Positions 48,054 to 61,721 of a stretch of DNA of 64,000 nt are shown piece after piece. This DNA is from Eukaryota sp. TZLM1-RC (Eukaryota; Protista; Metamonada: BaSk clade). The stretch spans positions 2,170,001 through 2,234,000 of the forward strand of contig JAUPSS010000003.1 in NCBI GenBank assembly GCA_040285825.1. Direction: 5' to 3'. Below the pieces are notes generated by a model that saw only the letters and a list, made by a program, of their open reading frames with translations, was not told the DNA's origin and ran no database searches. Positions within the stretch are counted from its first letter, which is position 1, and every line of letters starts with the position of its first letter. Both the position numbers and the translations under genes were made by a program.

Positions 48054-49064
48054 CTACAAATTCTTAATTGACCTCAAGAAAACTTCAACATCCCTATCAC
48101 CAATCAAATCATCCCCAATCATGACGTCATCCTGTCTATCACGTGACACATCATGACACGTGGCACCAAAATCTTCATCTACAGCAAATGATTGTATTGT
48201 TTGAGATAAAGAGCGAAGAGATTTTACTGCTTCGTGAGATTCTTGTTTGGCAGAGTCACAAGCAAGATCAATACTATGGACTTGCGATGTGAGTAACTCA
48301 GAATCCTGTTGAATAACGTCAACTTTTGAACTAAGTTGCTCTAATTGTGAGCGCAGTTGGGTGACGTCATCAGAATCTTCCAAGTTGTTCAGTCGTTCAT
48401 CAAAAGAACTTGAGATGACTGTCAATTTGTTTTCTAAACCATCAACAGAGTTTGCCACATCATCAATTGATTGATTCGTTGTGTGGGAAAACTTTTCCAA
48501 TTTTTCATGAGCCTCTCTCGCATCATCTGACACGTCATGACACTTGTCAGACAAATTACTGACAAGTGAAGTAACAGAGGAGAGTGAATCTCCCATTTCC
48601 GACAGTCGAGAATAAACTTCATTAGAATGGGTTTTTAAAGAAGAAGCAACTTGACCAATGCTTTCAGCTGATGCCTTGACGGCACCTTTCACCTCCTCCT
48701 TCCATCTGTAGAGGTCTTCCACCTGAGAGATTAGTGGATCGACAGTTGTGGTGACTTTGTGCATGGAAGAGAATGATGATTCTAGGGCAGACAGGCGGGA
48801 TTCCAGTCTGCTTCTTTGTGACTTTTCTTCTTCTAGTTGTTGGGTTAAAAGACGTTGACTTTCAGAGATACGCATGACCAAGACATCAATACGGGCTTTG
48901 AGTTCAGAACGAAGCCTGTTGAGTTCCATAGCGGAGTCGTCACTGTTGGAGGAAGCAACTTTTATAGCTGAATCAAGTTTTTGAAGAAGTTGATCTGCAT
49001 CACTGATAAAGCTAGAAGAGTGAGGAATTGTGGCAGAAAGATCATTCAGTGAAAGACTAGACAT
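48054..49064 (-). CDS. coiled-coil protein of unknown function (336 aa)
   Basis: Intact ORF from ATG at 49064, heptad-like L/V periodicity, host-like composition. Confidence 0.75.
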   Translation of the reverse strand: MSSLSLNDLSATIPHSSSFISDADQLLQKLDSAIKVASSNSDDSAMELNRLRSELKARIDVLVMRISESQRLLTQQLEEEKSQRSRLESRLSALESSFSSMHKVTTTVDPLISQVEDLYRWKEEVKGAVKASAESIGQVASSLKTHSNEVYSRLSEMGDSLSSVTSLVSNLSDKCHDVSDDAREAHEKLEKFSHTTNQSIDDVANSVDGLENKLTVISSSFDERLNNLEDSDDVTQLRSQLEQLSSKVDVIQQDSELLTSQVHSIDLACDSAKQESHEAVKSLRSLSQTIQSFAVDEDFGATCHDVSRDRQDDVMIGDDLIGDRDVEVFLRSIKNL

Positions 49065-49299
49065 GTGTAAATGAAAGAACACTAATGTACACTGGGGCAA
49101 GAGTAGGACTTGGGGCGGAAATCAACTTTCAATGGAAAATCAATGTTTTTTGCAAAACACAACTTCTCAGGCAGTACTAATGCCTCAAATGAAAGGCTAG
49201 TTAATTCTGAAATTCATAATCCTCATTCAAATGCTGAAAATTTCAAAATCAAGAAATACAATGAACCTTTGTCCAAATTGGCCAGTCAACAGCATGCAA

Positions 49300-52200
49300 C
49301 TTTTTTTCCCACTCACCTTTCAACGTCCTCCTTTTTCTCAACTTGACGTCTAATCATCGGTTCTCTTCAATTTTTTCTTTTTCCATGTCAAACACTCTCA
49401 GTGATACTGACTGGACCGCAAAAAGTACCGGACGTGAAGTTGACGAATCAACCTCCTCAATCCCCAATTGTTCTCATTCTCCCCACCTTCCACTTCATGC
49501 TGGAAAAATATCTGAAAAAAATTCGAAAGAATTTTTTTAAAACCACTCCGTAAATGCTGTAAATGTCGCAAACCTGGACATAACATTTCGACTTGTTCCC
49601 TTATTCAGAAGGAAAAACTTAATGCTCGTGCAGCTACTGCTGATTTGAATTTTTCATTATCACATTATCCTGAAAACCAATTTCTAATTGAGATTCCTGA
49701 TAATATATCTCACAAAGGTGATCAATAAGTTGACAAAAGATGTGTTTTTTGTCAAAAACCTAATGCTGTTAATGATTCTGGTCGCCCTTTACTTTTCTGT
49801 GATTCTTGTCTTGCTGCCGATCCGTCACGTTGTCCCATTCGAGTTTCTGCTCAGCTTAGTCCGTTGGCTTCAATACCTTTTGCTGTTGTTCTCTGTGCTT
49901 TTACTGAAAATCTCCGTAAAGGATTATGGGACGTTACTCCGATTTGAAAAAATTTTTCTAAAAAAAGATAAAAAACTTTTATCAAAACAATCAAATTTTA
50001 AAAAATGTGTTTTTTCAAAAGAAAAGTTAGTAAGAAAATTCGCTTTAAAAGGAAGTTTTGGATCTGTAAAGCAATGTCTATTTTCATCTGATTTAGCTGA
50101 ATGCAATGAGAATACATTGTCCCAATTGAAGAACCTTAATCCAGAAGAAAATTTTCGTTGTCTTAAACCGGATTCAGTTGATTATTGATTGAAAAATCCT
50201 GTAAATGCTCCAGACATCGCAAAATTTATTCACCATATGCCTGCTGGAAAAGCTCCAGGTCCATTTTCTGTTAAATTTTGATGCGATTAGGTTAGCTGTT
50301 GGACAGTGTCCTGTAATTGTTGATGATTTTGTCCATTTTTTAACAGTCTTCTGACCTTGAAAATTAAAGTCCCTGTTGAGATGACTACTGCTCGTTCAAT
50401 TGCCCAGAAGAAAAACTCATCTAAAATCCGTCCAATTGCAATTGGAAAATCGTTCTCCAGAATCCTGGCGTCTCTTGTTTTTAATAGAATTGGGGAAAAT
50501 GCCAAAGAATTTTTCAGTCCCTTTCAATTTGGAATCAAGACAATTGATGGTGCTTCAGCTGCTGCCCTTTCGTCTGATGTATTTTTTAATTCTAGTAATT
50601 CTAATTACATCTTTAATTTAGATTTTAAAAGTGCTTTTAATTCTGTATCACGTTCTTCCATTTTCTTTATGTTGCAAAAGCATTTTCCCGAGGTTGAAAC
50701 TTTTTTCTATTCATTTTATGGAAAATCATCAACATTGGTCTATGAAAACTTTGACCTGCTTTCTTCTTCAGGTGTTAAACAGGGTGATCCTCTTGGTCAT
50801 TTTTTCTTTTTTCTGGCAATTCATCAATTAATATGCGAATTAAAGAACAAATTCCCACAAATAGATATTGTAGCATATATGGATGTCATTTCTGCCATTG
50901 CTCCTTTTTCAGTTCTCAAAAAAATAGCAACTTTTATTCAATGGCGTTATAAAGATAGTGGTCTCTCATAAAATCTCTTCAACTGTTTGATTATTGGCCA
51001 TGAACCAATTGATTTTTTCATTTAAGATGTCAATGTCCCCTTTATCAATTATGATCAGTCTGGTTTTCGTTTTTTGGGTTGTTATCTCGGAAATATTGAT
51101 GAAGTCAAAGGCCAACTTTCGACTCTGTTGACTCAATTTGGAAATGAATTAGAATCAATATATATATGGATGATGTTGTGCTTATTGGTGATTTAAATAA
51201 TGTGAAAAAGCAACTGTATGTTTTAAAGAATTATTTACCAAAATTGGTCTCCGACTTAATTTACTTAAATGTGTTTTGTTATCGAATTCTCCAGTTTCCA
51301 CAATAATTGATGATATTGAAATTCAAGCCAAATTATATTCAATTGATGCTATTCGTCATTTGGGTTCGTTTTTAGGAAATAATGATGAAATTACCAAAAA
51401 ATTGTTTGAAAAGTTGAACTCAATTTCTGACAAAATTGACCGAATGATGAATTTAGATATAAAAAAACACATCAAATTTACCATTATAAGACTGTGTTTT
51501 AGTTCCAATTTTAATCATATATTTAGATCTACAAATCCTCTTGTCACTAGACCTTTGGCTCAAAAGTTTAATGAGTTACGTGCAAAAGTTCTGTCTCAAT
51601 TACTGGGATGTAAAATGTTTCAAATTCCAGATCATGCTTACCTTAGTCCACATTATGGTGGTTTAGGGTGGACGAAGGCTTCTATTCTTACCTCGTGTGC
51701 TTTTGTTGGTGGATGCAGAAATGCAATCTTTGAGTTTTCCGAAAGATTTGCAGATTGGGAAGATTTATTGATGACAACGCAAAGTTCCACTGTTTTTGCA
51801 TTAAATGAAGAAATTTCAAGAATTGATGTAGAAAAATGGGGTCGATGTTTTCCCCAATCATTCAATGGCAATATTCCAGAAAAAAATGTTTTAAATTTGA
51901 AGTACACTCTTCGAACATTACAGAAAAGATTGACTGGAATGTATGAAAAAGATCTTTATAATAACATTTGCAGCTCGGCTGTTTTAAATCAAGATCTTCA
52001 CTCATTGTTATTGGAAAAGGGTGTTTGTGAAAACAAGGCGTCAGATTCTTCACTTTTTGTAACCATTGTACCACGAAGATTTGGATTGTGTGCCACTAAT
52101 GAAGCATTTGTAACAAAAATGAGATTATATTTCAACATCCCCATTAACCAAATATTATCAAAAGAAAAATGTATTTGTTCGAATTCACCTCAACTCACTT

Positions 52201-54093
52201 TGCGCCATGCTCTGAATTGCTCTAAATTGATAACTTATCGTTCTTCATTACATGATGCTGTTAGAGACACTGTTTTCAATATGGCACAAACTGCAAGGAT
52301 ATCGTGTATCAAAAAGCCCCTGCTGAAGGAAACACTTTCTCTGAATAATTTTGGTTCTGATGATAGAGGTGATGTATACTGTGATTGGATTGATAATTCT
52401 GAAGCTATTGTTGACTTTGTCTCATGTAATGTTGCAAACGATACTTTGGTTCACAGAAGAAAACTAAATCCTGTGGCTGCTCTGGATTTTAAAGCAAAAG
52501 AAAAACATAGAAAATATGATAAAGAAATTGAAGATGCAAATATCGATAGAAATACACAGCTGGTTTTTATTGCTTTCCCATTTTCGATAAATGGAAGATT
52601 ATCAGTTGAAGCAGAAACTTTTTTGGATGACTTCCAAAAAATGGTGAAAGAAAAAACAATGAAAAGATTTGATATTTTTTTATGGCGTTCACGGATTCAA
52701 TTTGCCATTATTAATAGATTACCGCGGTTTTTCAATCGAATTAGAGAAGCTTTAGCTAGACAGCAAGCAAATCAAGATTTTGTAGAGGAAATCTTGGTTT
52801 AATGATAGTCGTCCCATTAGTTATGATTTAATTTAATCAAGTGTGCAAATTCAATAAATACGTAGTTCAATTAGAATCAATAGAAAATTTAAATATTGAG
52901 AAACATTTGAAATTCTTTTTCCTAAAAATCTGTTATTCTGGAAAATTTACTCATATTTTGAGATCAACATCACCATCAATTTCATTGGAGTTTTGTCGCA
53001 TTTTTAATGAACAAAGAACCAATTTTTTAGGAAAATTATTGGAAATTGATGCATCTCAGTTACGAAGCCACATTTTTTGTGGTACAAATTTTGGTGGTGT
53101 TGATTTTCATAAATCAAGCTACCTTTGTAAAGCTGCTTTTATTGGAGGTGGAAAGAATTTTATTTATGAATTTGTGAATCGTTTTCCTGAAAAAATTCAT
53201 CTCATTGAAAATTGTGGCAGCTCTTATCTATTTTCTTTGCAACAGGAAATTGAAACTCTTTCACCCAATATTTGGGCTAAATGTTTCCCCTCTGATATTG
53301 TGGAACTTCCTTCAAGAAGCTTGCTCTCCTTACCACTGACTTTTGCAAAATTGCAGAAAAAAATCTTGAAAGTTTTAGAAAACTTGGATTATATTGCACG
53401 TCTTAGCTTGGCTAAGGAAACAATCCCGTTTTTGCAAACTTTTTGATTGATCTTGAAGACAGTTGTTCAAGTTGCCTGATCTCCCAACTTCCCAACATTT
53501 ATGGCCTTCTACTTAATGATCACCAATGGACCACTGCAATGAGAATGAGATGTTTTCTATGGCCTTGTTCATTACCAAATAATTTAATTTGTCGCTGCAA
53601 GAGTGTTGTTACACTTTCCCATATTTCAAACTGTAAGTATTTTATAACTTATCGCTCAATTGTTCATTACTCAGTTCGTAATCAATTATATGCCATGTGC
53701 AAAAGTTTCAATATAGAGGCATTTATTGAGCCACTAGTACGTAAGCTGTCTTCAGATCAAACTGATGATTCTTTTGGTAAAAGAAGAGCAGATTTAGTAG
53801 CTCCAGGGATCGATGGTGTTCTCAATGTTGAGGATGTTGTCTCAGTAGATGTCTGCAAAAATTCTGCTGCTCGTTTAGTGTATTCCGCTGATTTGCCGTT
53901 ATCTAACGCCGAAAAAAGAAAATAAAAAATAGCAAGAACCATTTGCACAATTAGGTCTAAATCTCTTTTAGCTATTGGTGTTAAATATAAACGAAATGCT
54001 GTGAGTAGGTTTCGTAATAGTGATGCTTGTTTGGAGGATATTGAATACTAGATAGAATTTTATTTCAATAAAAATACAGTAAAATAAAAGAAG
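49300..54093 (+). mobile_element. CRE family C, apparently 5'-complete but degenerate
   Basis: TSD AGCATGCAA (49291-49299, 54094-54102); pyrimidine-rich 5' UTR, ATG near 49386, knuckle CKCRKPGHNISTC, RT RPIAIG/DFKSAFNS/GVKQGDPL, RLE RRADL. Confidence 0.88.
51161..52868 (+). mobile_element. CRE family B, 5'-truncated at the YMDD motif
   Basis: TSD AATTAGAATCAATA (51147-51160, 52869-52882); 508-aa ORF with CICSN..HALNC, RGDVYCDW, KAKEKHRKY. Confidence 0.93.
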
Positions 54094-54788
54094 AGCATGC
54101 AAAATACAATTTGTAGCCATTTGTATTTTCTCTTTTTGGTTCACTAGCTCCAACGGCTATACGTTTTTTGGAAGATTTTGAAATGATTGTAAAGAGAAGA
54201 ACCAACAGAAATTTCAACAGATTGTTTTGGCAAAATAGAATTGTGTTTTCTATTTTTAAGGGGAAGTTGAAGATGGTTTCTGATACTTTGCTTTCTCTTG
54301 GATCTCACTATGAGAGAGTTGCATCTACTGTTTTTGTTTTGTGAGAGATGGATTATTTAAATGTTGATTTATAGGTTTAGAATAAAATTGAATTTTAAAA
54401 AAAAGTGTATTAAGGTTATTGAGTTTTAGTTTTTTGTTTTTTGACTTAGCACGGCTAAGAAAGAAAATCCTGCTTTTGCAATTTTTTTGATTAATTTGAA
54501 GGACAGTTCATCTGCAGTTTTGATAAAACAAATTCCCCAGATCATCTGAAAATGAATGATCATCTGAAAATGAAGATGAAAATACTTTTGGGAAACGCCG
54601 TTTTGGGAAAAAAAGAACTTATAATCTCTGAATATGGAAAATTCTCAGAAAATGATTGAGATGAGAGTACTTATCTACAGTGATCGGACACCACCACGTG
54701 GTTCAATTTTACCACCATGTGGACGACGTGGTGGTTGGTGGTTTTCTTGGTGGTCAATTTCTTTTCATTATTCCTTTCTCCTTTCTTT

Positions 54789-57411
54789 TTTTTAAAATTT
54801 AATTTTATTCTAAACCTATAAATCAATATCTAAAAAATCCATCTCTCCCAGAACAAAAACACTAGATGCAACTCTCTCATAGTGAGATCCAAGAGAAAGC
54901 AAAGCATCAGAAACCATCTTCAACATCCCCTTAAAAATAGAAAACACAATTCTATTTTGCCAAAACAATCTGTTGAAATTTCTACCAGTTCTTCTCTTTA
55001 CAATCATTTCAAAATCATCCAAAAAACGTAAAGCAGTTGGTGCAAGTGAACCAAAAAGGGAAAATACAAATGGATACAAGTTGTATTTTGCATGCTGTAG
55101 ACTGGCCAATTTGGACAAAGGTTCATTGTATTTTTTGAATTTAAAATTTTCAGCATTTGAAAGAGGATTATGAATTTCAGAATTAACAAGCCTTTCATTT
55201 GAGGCATTACAAGGATCAACAGACATTACATCCAATAAAATGAAGCTTCCATTTAATCCAGGTAATATGACATCACCTCTATTATTCTTATGAAAATCAT
55301 TTTCAGCATCAAACAGATTTGACAACAAAGGTTCCAAGAAGGATTCAATTCTATGAGATTTACACATACAATATAACTGGTCTCTTACAGCATCATGAAC
55401 CTTGCTTCTAAAAGTAATAAAATGTTTACAATTTAACAAATTTGGTTCATTTGATTTACTAGAATTGGTTGCTCAAGAAATTGCCGATTCATATGAAAAT
55501 ATTGGGCTTCATCTTAATGCCAGCAAATGCCTTCTGATTGGCTCTTCTGCTCAAGACCTCGTGATAAACGATTCTATTGTCCCTTTTACTAATTATAGTA
55601 GTGATGCTTTTAAGTTCCTTGGTTGTTGGTTAGGAAATGTGCCTCAAATTCAGAATGAATTGCAAGTTATTTTGGAAAAAATGAAAATTGAACTTGATTC
55701 AATTTCTTCTTTAGATATAGAAAAGCATATTAAATTTTTTATGCTTAAAATTTGCTACACTGGGAGAATAACCCACATTTTGAGATCTTGTGCTCCTTCC
55801 ATAGCATTAGATTTTTGTCGTTCTTTTAATTCATTGAGAACAGAATTTTTGCTGATTTATTGGATGTAGAACCAGGAATGTTGAAAAGCCATTTATTTTC
55901 TTCCAGCAAATTTGGGGGTATTGGATTTACTAAATCTTCAATTTTGTGTCAATCAGCATTCTTGGGTGGTGGCAAAAATTTTATTTATGAATTTTCTCGT
56001 AGATTTCCTGATGATTCCCATCTGTTAGTCCCCAATTGTAGTCCCTATTTGTATAAGTTATCTTGTGAACTTGAAAAATTACCGCCACAAATTTGGACCA
56101 AATGCTTTCCTCAATCAATTCAAGAAATTCCAAACCGATCTCTATTTAATTTACAGTTTTGCTGTAAAAGCTTCAACAAAAATTGTCAAAGATTTTTGAA
56201 AGCTTGGATTTTGATGTTAGACTTGGCTTGGCCAAGAAAAAGAATCCCGCTTTTGCAAACCTTTTACAAGATATGTGTGACAGTACTTCTTCTGCCTTAG
56301 TAACAACAATTCCGCAAGTATATGGTACTCTCTTATCCGATTCTGCTTGGACTCTGAATATGAGATTTCGTTCCTTTATCTGGCCTGATAATTTACCTCA
56401 TAATTTAATTTGTAAATGTTCTCGAGAAATTACAACTACTCATTTGTTAAATTGTAAACATTTTATTACTTTTAGAAGCAAGGTTCATGATGCTGTAAGA
56501 GACCAGTTATATTGTATGTGTAAATCTCATAGAATTGAATCCTTCTTGGAACCTCTGTTGTCAAATCTGTTTGATGCTGAAAATGATTTTCATAAGAATA
56601 ATAGAGGTGATGTCATATTACCTGGATTAGATGGAAGCTTTATTTTATTGGATGTAATGTCTGTTGATCCTTGTAATGCCTCAAATGAAAGGCTTGTTAA
56701 TTCTGAAATTCATAATCCCCTTTCAAATGCTGAAAATTTTAAATTCAAAAATACAATGAACCTTTGTCCAAATTGGCCAGTCTACAGCATGCAAAATACA
56801 ATTTGTATCCATTTGTATTTTCCCTTTTGGTTCACTTGCACCAACTGCTTTACGTTTTTTGGATGATTTTGAAATGATTGTAAAGAGAAGAACTGGCAGA
56901 AATTTCAACAGATTGTTTTGGCAAAATAGAATTGTGTTTTCTATTTTTAAGGGGATGTTGATGATGGTTTCTGATGCTTTGCTTTCTCTTGGATCTCACT
57001 ATGAGAGAGTTGCATCTAGTGTTTTTGTTTTGGGAGAGATGGATTTTTTAGATGTTGATTTATAGGTTTAGAATAAAATTAATTTTTTTAAAAAAAAAAA
57101 ATTTAACAAATGAGTAGTTGTAATTTCTCGAGAACATTTACAAATTAAATTATGAGGTAAATTATCAGGCCAGATAAAGGAACGAAATCTCATATTCAGA
57201 GTCCAAGCAGAATCGGATAAGAGAGTACCATAAACTTGTGGAATTGTTGTTACTAAGGCAGAAGAAGTACTGTCACACATATCTTGTAAAAGATTTGCAA
57301 AAGCGGGATTCTTTTTCTTGGCCAAGCCAAGTCTAACATCAAAATCCAAGCTTTCAAAAATCTTTGACAATTTTTGTTGAAGCTTTTTACAGCAAAACTG
57401 TAAATTAAATA
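54789..57411 (-). mobile_element. family D 3' portion (outer copy), split by a D copy in the opposite orientation
   Basis: TSD TTCTCCTTTCTTT (54776-54788, 57412-57424); poly-T at the left end. Confidence 0.9.
55442..57099 (+). mobile_element. family D, 5'-truncated inner copy with poly(A)
   Basis: TSD AATTTAACAAAT (55430-55441, 57100-57111). Confidence 0.92.
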
Positions 57412-57942
57412 TTCTCCTTTCTTTGTTCCAAATACCATGGCCTGGTAGCATAACACCCTGTACTTGAATACATATCCCCTAATAGTGCTTATGTTGAAGT
57501 GGAATATTCGAGAGGACGCCTACATGCCATATGTGACTTTTATTCATATGGATGAATGCTGAAATAGTAAAAATGATGGAAGAGATGAAGGAAATTGCAG
57601 AGGCAGTCAACGAGCAGGACCAAGAAGCAGATTATTCACTGGATGATGAAGTCCTACCGATCCTTGTTATTTCAGAAATCTTTATGTTTCGGAGGACATT
57701 GAGGAGGAATGATATGATCTCAAATGCGTTTTTCTTTCGATACTTGAGTTATGGGTTTAGTATTTGTTAGTGGAAGTAAACATGTTTTATTCATAAAGAT
57801 TTGACATGTCGGAAAGTAACAGCGTTTTATAGGCTAAAAAATACACCGCCATGTGGGAAAAATTCCGAACCTTGCTTATCTAAAAGAAACATAGGTCTCA
57901 TCAAGTTGACTTTTTATAGTCAATTGCATTACATTTACAAAG

Positions 57943-60437
57943 TCATGTTTCAGTCAGGGGTAAAAGTCACTTCAGCACAACAATGTCTTGAATCTGCGCA
58001 TCTTCATTGTCATGCTGTGTTTTTTTTTAATATGATTTTTTTTTATTTATTTTTATTCAACAACAAATATGAAATACACAATTAAAACTCCACATCCTCA
58101 AAACCTGCCTCCCCTACATCAAAACAATTAATCGCCAAAGATTCAGAAAATTTCCCAAAAGAAGATAGTGAATCAGAAATTAGTGTTACCATTCCCTTAA
58201 AAATAGAAAATACAATCCTGTTTTGCCAGTAAACACGATTGAAAATTCTTCCAGTTCTTTCCTTTACAACTACAACAAAATCCTCAAGGAAAGCCATAGC
58301 AGCCTTACCTAGAGATCCAAGCAAAGAAAAACAAATGGACATAAATTATATTGGGCATGAGAATTTTCATTAACCGAGGAAATGGGTTTCGCATATTTAG
58401 CAATTTTATATTTTTCGCCTGCAAGAAGAGGATTATTTACATCCGAGTTAATGAAATGTTCGTTAGAGGAATTACAAGGGTCAATAGACATGGCGTCCAA
58501 AAATAGTAAAACTACCATTTAAACCAGGAACAACTAGATCACCTCTAGTCAGACCCAAAGAAGCTCTGTTGTAACGCGTACTATCAATATTGGGATCATC
58601 AAGAATTAATTTTGATAACAGCGGTTCTAAAAAGGAATCTACACGATATGATTTGCACATTACATAAATTTGGTCCCTGACGTTATTATGCACTTTGCTT
58701 CTAAACGTAATGAAATGTTTACAGTTCAAAAGATGAGTAAACAAAAGAGGTTTACCACATTTACAAGTTAAATGATTGGGCAAATTGTTTGGCCACAGAA
58801 AACAACGAAAACGCATGTTTAGAAGCCATTCATTGTCTTTTAACAAAAGTCCATAAACAGAGGGAACTTGAGTTACTAAAGCAGCAGCTGAACTATCACG
58901 AATATCCTTTAAAAAAATTACCGAAAGCGGGATTTTTAGTTTTGGCCAAGCCAAGTCTTACTTCATAATCCAAGCCTTCATATAATTTAACCAGATGGTG
59001 CTGAAGCTTTTTCAAGCAAAAACGTAAATTTGGAAGTGATCGAGTGGGAATTTCTTGAACATTTTGAGGAAAACACTGAATCCAGATATCACTAGGCAAA
59101 TTTTCTAATTCAAATTGCAGTTGATTCAAGTAAAAATTTGATTCACCATTGATCAGATGAACATCAAAAGGGAACCTTTGGAAAAATTCAAAAACAAAAT
59201 TTTTACCACCTCCCAAAAATGCTGCTTTACACAGAATCGAAGATTTGGTGAATCCAATTCCACCCAAATCTGCTGAACAAAATACATGACTTCGAATTAA
59301 AGATTCATTTACTTCTAATAAAGAAGAAAAAAATTTGACTCGAAGTTTGTTAAAAGATCTGCAAAAATTGAGAGATACCGAAGGGGAGTTGACCTTAAAA
59401 TATGAGTGAATTTTCCAGAATAACAAATTTTTAAAATAAAAAATTTGATGTGTTTCTCAATGTCACATTCAGCAATAAAACTAAGATCCTTGTCAAACTT
59501 CTCCAATAAATTGTTTAACTGGGAATAAATTTCATCCAAATTGCCAAGCCAACATCCAAGAAACTTAAAAGCTTGTTGGTCATAATTGATAAAAGGAATC
59601 TGAGCTCCACCAATCATCAAATATTGTTTTTCTCTACCAATCAAGAGACATTTAGATGGGTTTAAAGCTAAACCAATTTCTTTGTATTTCGCCGCAATGT
59701 CTTCAGAAACCCTAGAAATGCTTTCAAAAGAACCAATAATAGAAATGTCATCCATATAGGCAACAATACGCAAATCAGGGAAATCTTGTTGTGTCATTTT
59801 AATAATATGCTGTGTTTGAAGACATTGACGTAGGTCAAAATTCAGTAATGTGCAATATGAGAGAAAATCAAAACAAATCTATCATTATTCATGTTACACG
59901 TGTTTTCAGCATCACTCACCATTGATGCATGAAGTCTAACGTAACTAACATTACACTTATATACGCGCGGACGTGCTTTGTTCTTGTTTGATGTCTCGTC
60001 CGGAATGAGTGTTACACTTTCCATCTCAACAACTTTTGTATAGCCATTGGATAACTTACGTTTTGTTTCTCGACGAAGAGTTATTACAAACCGTTCTAAT
60101 CAGTCCGACATTGTCTTGTTGTTCGTGCACAGTGCCAATCGGTGGTTGGTCAGCAAGTGTTTTAACGAAACCAACTCCTGAAACTTAGCTACCTCACAGC
60201 TGGGCTTATTCCATATGTTGTCTCCTACTGGTGCACACTGACCACGTTTACATTTGGTTTTTTTCCACTCATGTTTCTTGACCCTGTAACCGTCAATTTC
60301 TACCCATTTGTTTAGTTATACCTCAAAGAAGTTTGTGTTGCTGTTTTAGCGAATTACGCACTGAATGCACTTTGTTGCAACTCAAACCAGCTGTATTTCG
60401 CGTGTACATGCCACAAATAGTAGAATACAGTAGTTTC
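57943..60437. repeat. unidentified dispersed repeat, copy 2 (interrupted by family E)
   Basis: Reverse complement of 29112-29812 once 58023-59817 is removed. Confidence 0.85.
58023..59806 (-). mobile_element. CRE family E, 5'-truncated with A-tail
   Basis: TSD ATGCTGTGTTT (58012-58022, 59807-59817); AYMDDI, CKCGK..HLLNC, RGDLVVPG. Confidence 0.92.
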
Positions 60438-61052
60438 AGTGTCCATAAACTCTGGTGAATAATGGATGTTTGCAAATTCTACTTTTAATGATCCCTCATC
60501 TAAATACACAATGAACATCAAACATTGCTAATCACTTCTCTTCAATGTTTTTTGATGGAAATAGTGTAAAGAGACTAATAATATGCCGAATGAAGTAATT
60601 CTACAATTAGAGAACCTTATTGTCTCTGTGTCGATTATCATCCTTTTTTCTTTCTTTTTGATGGACCAAATATGATGGCTTGGCGTATTTTGAGATAGCC
60701 TTTTACAATACAAAGTGATAAATGAAGGAGGAGCTTAGTTCACGTAAAACAATTCACTCATGGTTATTTTCTGTTACTTTAGGATAGCGATAGCTTCTAA
60801 TGATTTTGTATATCTGTAAGAGCAAAGACACATTGGGTTTTGTTGTGAAATGTTGATCCATTAGGATTAATAATTCAGAATCAGAATATTTAGGTGTCAA
60901 AGGAATTCAAATGCTCAGCTGTGCAACCTTCAACCAAGGAGACTTTGAAATAAAGGATTTGAAAGATCTTTCAAACTGAATCAAAGGGGCAACATTGAGA
61001 AATAGGTGTTTTTGTTAAAAACTTTCTCACTTGAGTTCGTTTTCCATCTTAA

Positions 61053-61721
61053 ATGTCACATCTCAATTCTACAAAGCATAATCTCGCCACTCGTACAGGT
61101 CTCCGTTCAACTGTCTACTGGCCAGATGGCACTCAGTACTGTGGTGAATGGGCAAACAACTACAAACACGGACATGGAATCTTCATCTACCGTGATGGTT
61201 CCAAATACGAAGGTGAATTCGCTAAAGGTCTGCGTCATGGCCACGGTATTCTCTACATCAAGAACTCAGGCTCACTTGTCCAACAATACGCTGGTTCTTG
61301 GAAACGCGATCGCTGTGATGGCTTTGGAACCTGGTATTTTTCTGAAACCGATTTCTATGAAGGTAATTTTCTCAATGATTTACCTCATGGCTTTGGGACC
61401 CGTACTTATGCCAATAAAGATGTCTACGTGGGAGAATGGGTAGATGGCAAACGTCATGGTAGAGGTCGTTTGGTTTATGCTAATGGTAACGTTTTTGAAG
61501 GAACCTGGGAAAATGATGATAGGGAGGGGGAGGGTGTTTTGTGGAATCCAAACAGACGCTCAAAATACGTGGGATTTTGGAAGAAGTCTTCTGCGGTCAA
61601 AGGGACTTTTGAAGATTTTTGTAATGAAGACTTTGAAAAGTTTCAAATGTCTAGTCAAGGTTTTGCCCAAAGAATTCCTGTTTGTCATTTAAAAGATTTG
61701 AATTCTGTGCTATTGAATTAA
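61053..61721 (+). CDS. MORN3: MORN repeat protein (MORN3-like)
   Basis: About seven YxGxWxxxxxHGxG repeats; GLRSTVY start and IPVxxL end typical of MORN3. Confidence 0.82.
   Translation: MSHLNSTKHNLATRTGLRSTVYWPDGTQYCGEWANNYKHGHGIFIYRDGSKYEGEFAKGLRHGHGILYIKNSGSLVQQYAGSWKRDRCDGFGTWYFSETDFYEGNFLNDLPHGFGTRTYANKDVYVGEWVDGKRHGRGRLVYANGNVFEGTWENDDREGEGVLWNPNRRSKYVGFWKKSSAVKGTFEDFCNEDFEKFQMSSQGFAQRIPVCHLKDLNSVLLN

Larger units (their letters stand above)
49178..54403 (+). mobile_element. family D 3' fragment (49178-49299 + 54103-54403) hosting the C and B insertions
   Basis: The D sequence ...CAGCATGCAA|AATACAATTTG resumes at 54103; A-tail near 54398-54403. Confidence 0.82.

Noticed and set aside
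49300-49390. HDV-like ribozyme at the 5' end of family C, as in R2 elements
   Set aside because: The region is a pyrimidine-rich tract with no nested pseudoknot pairing visible by eye
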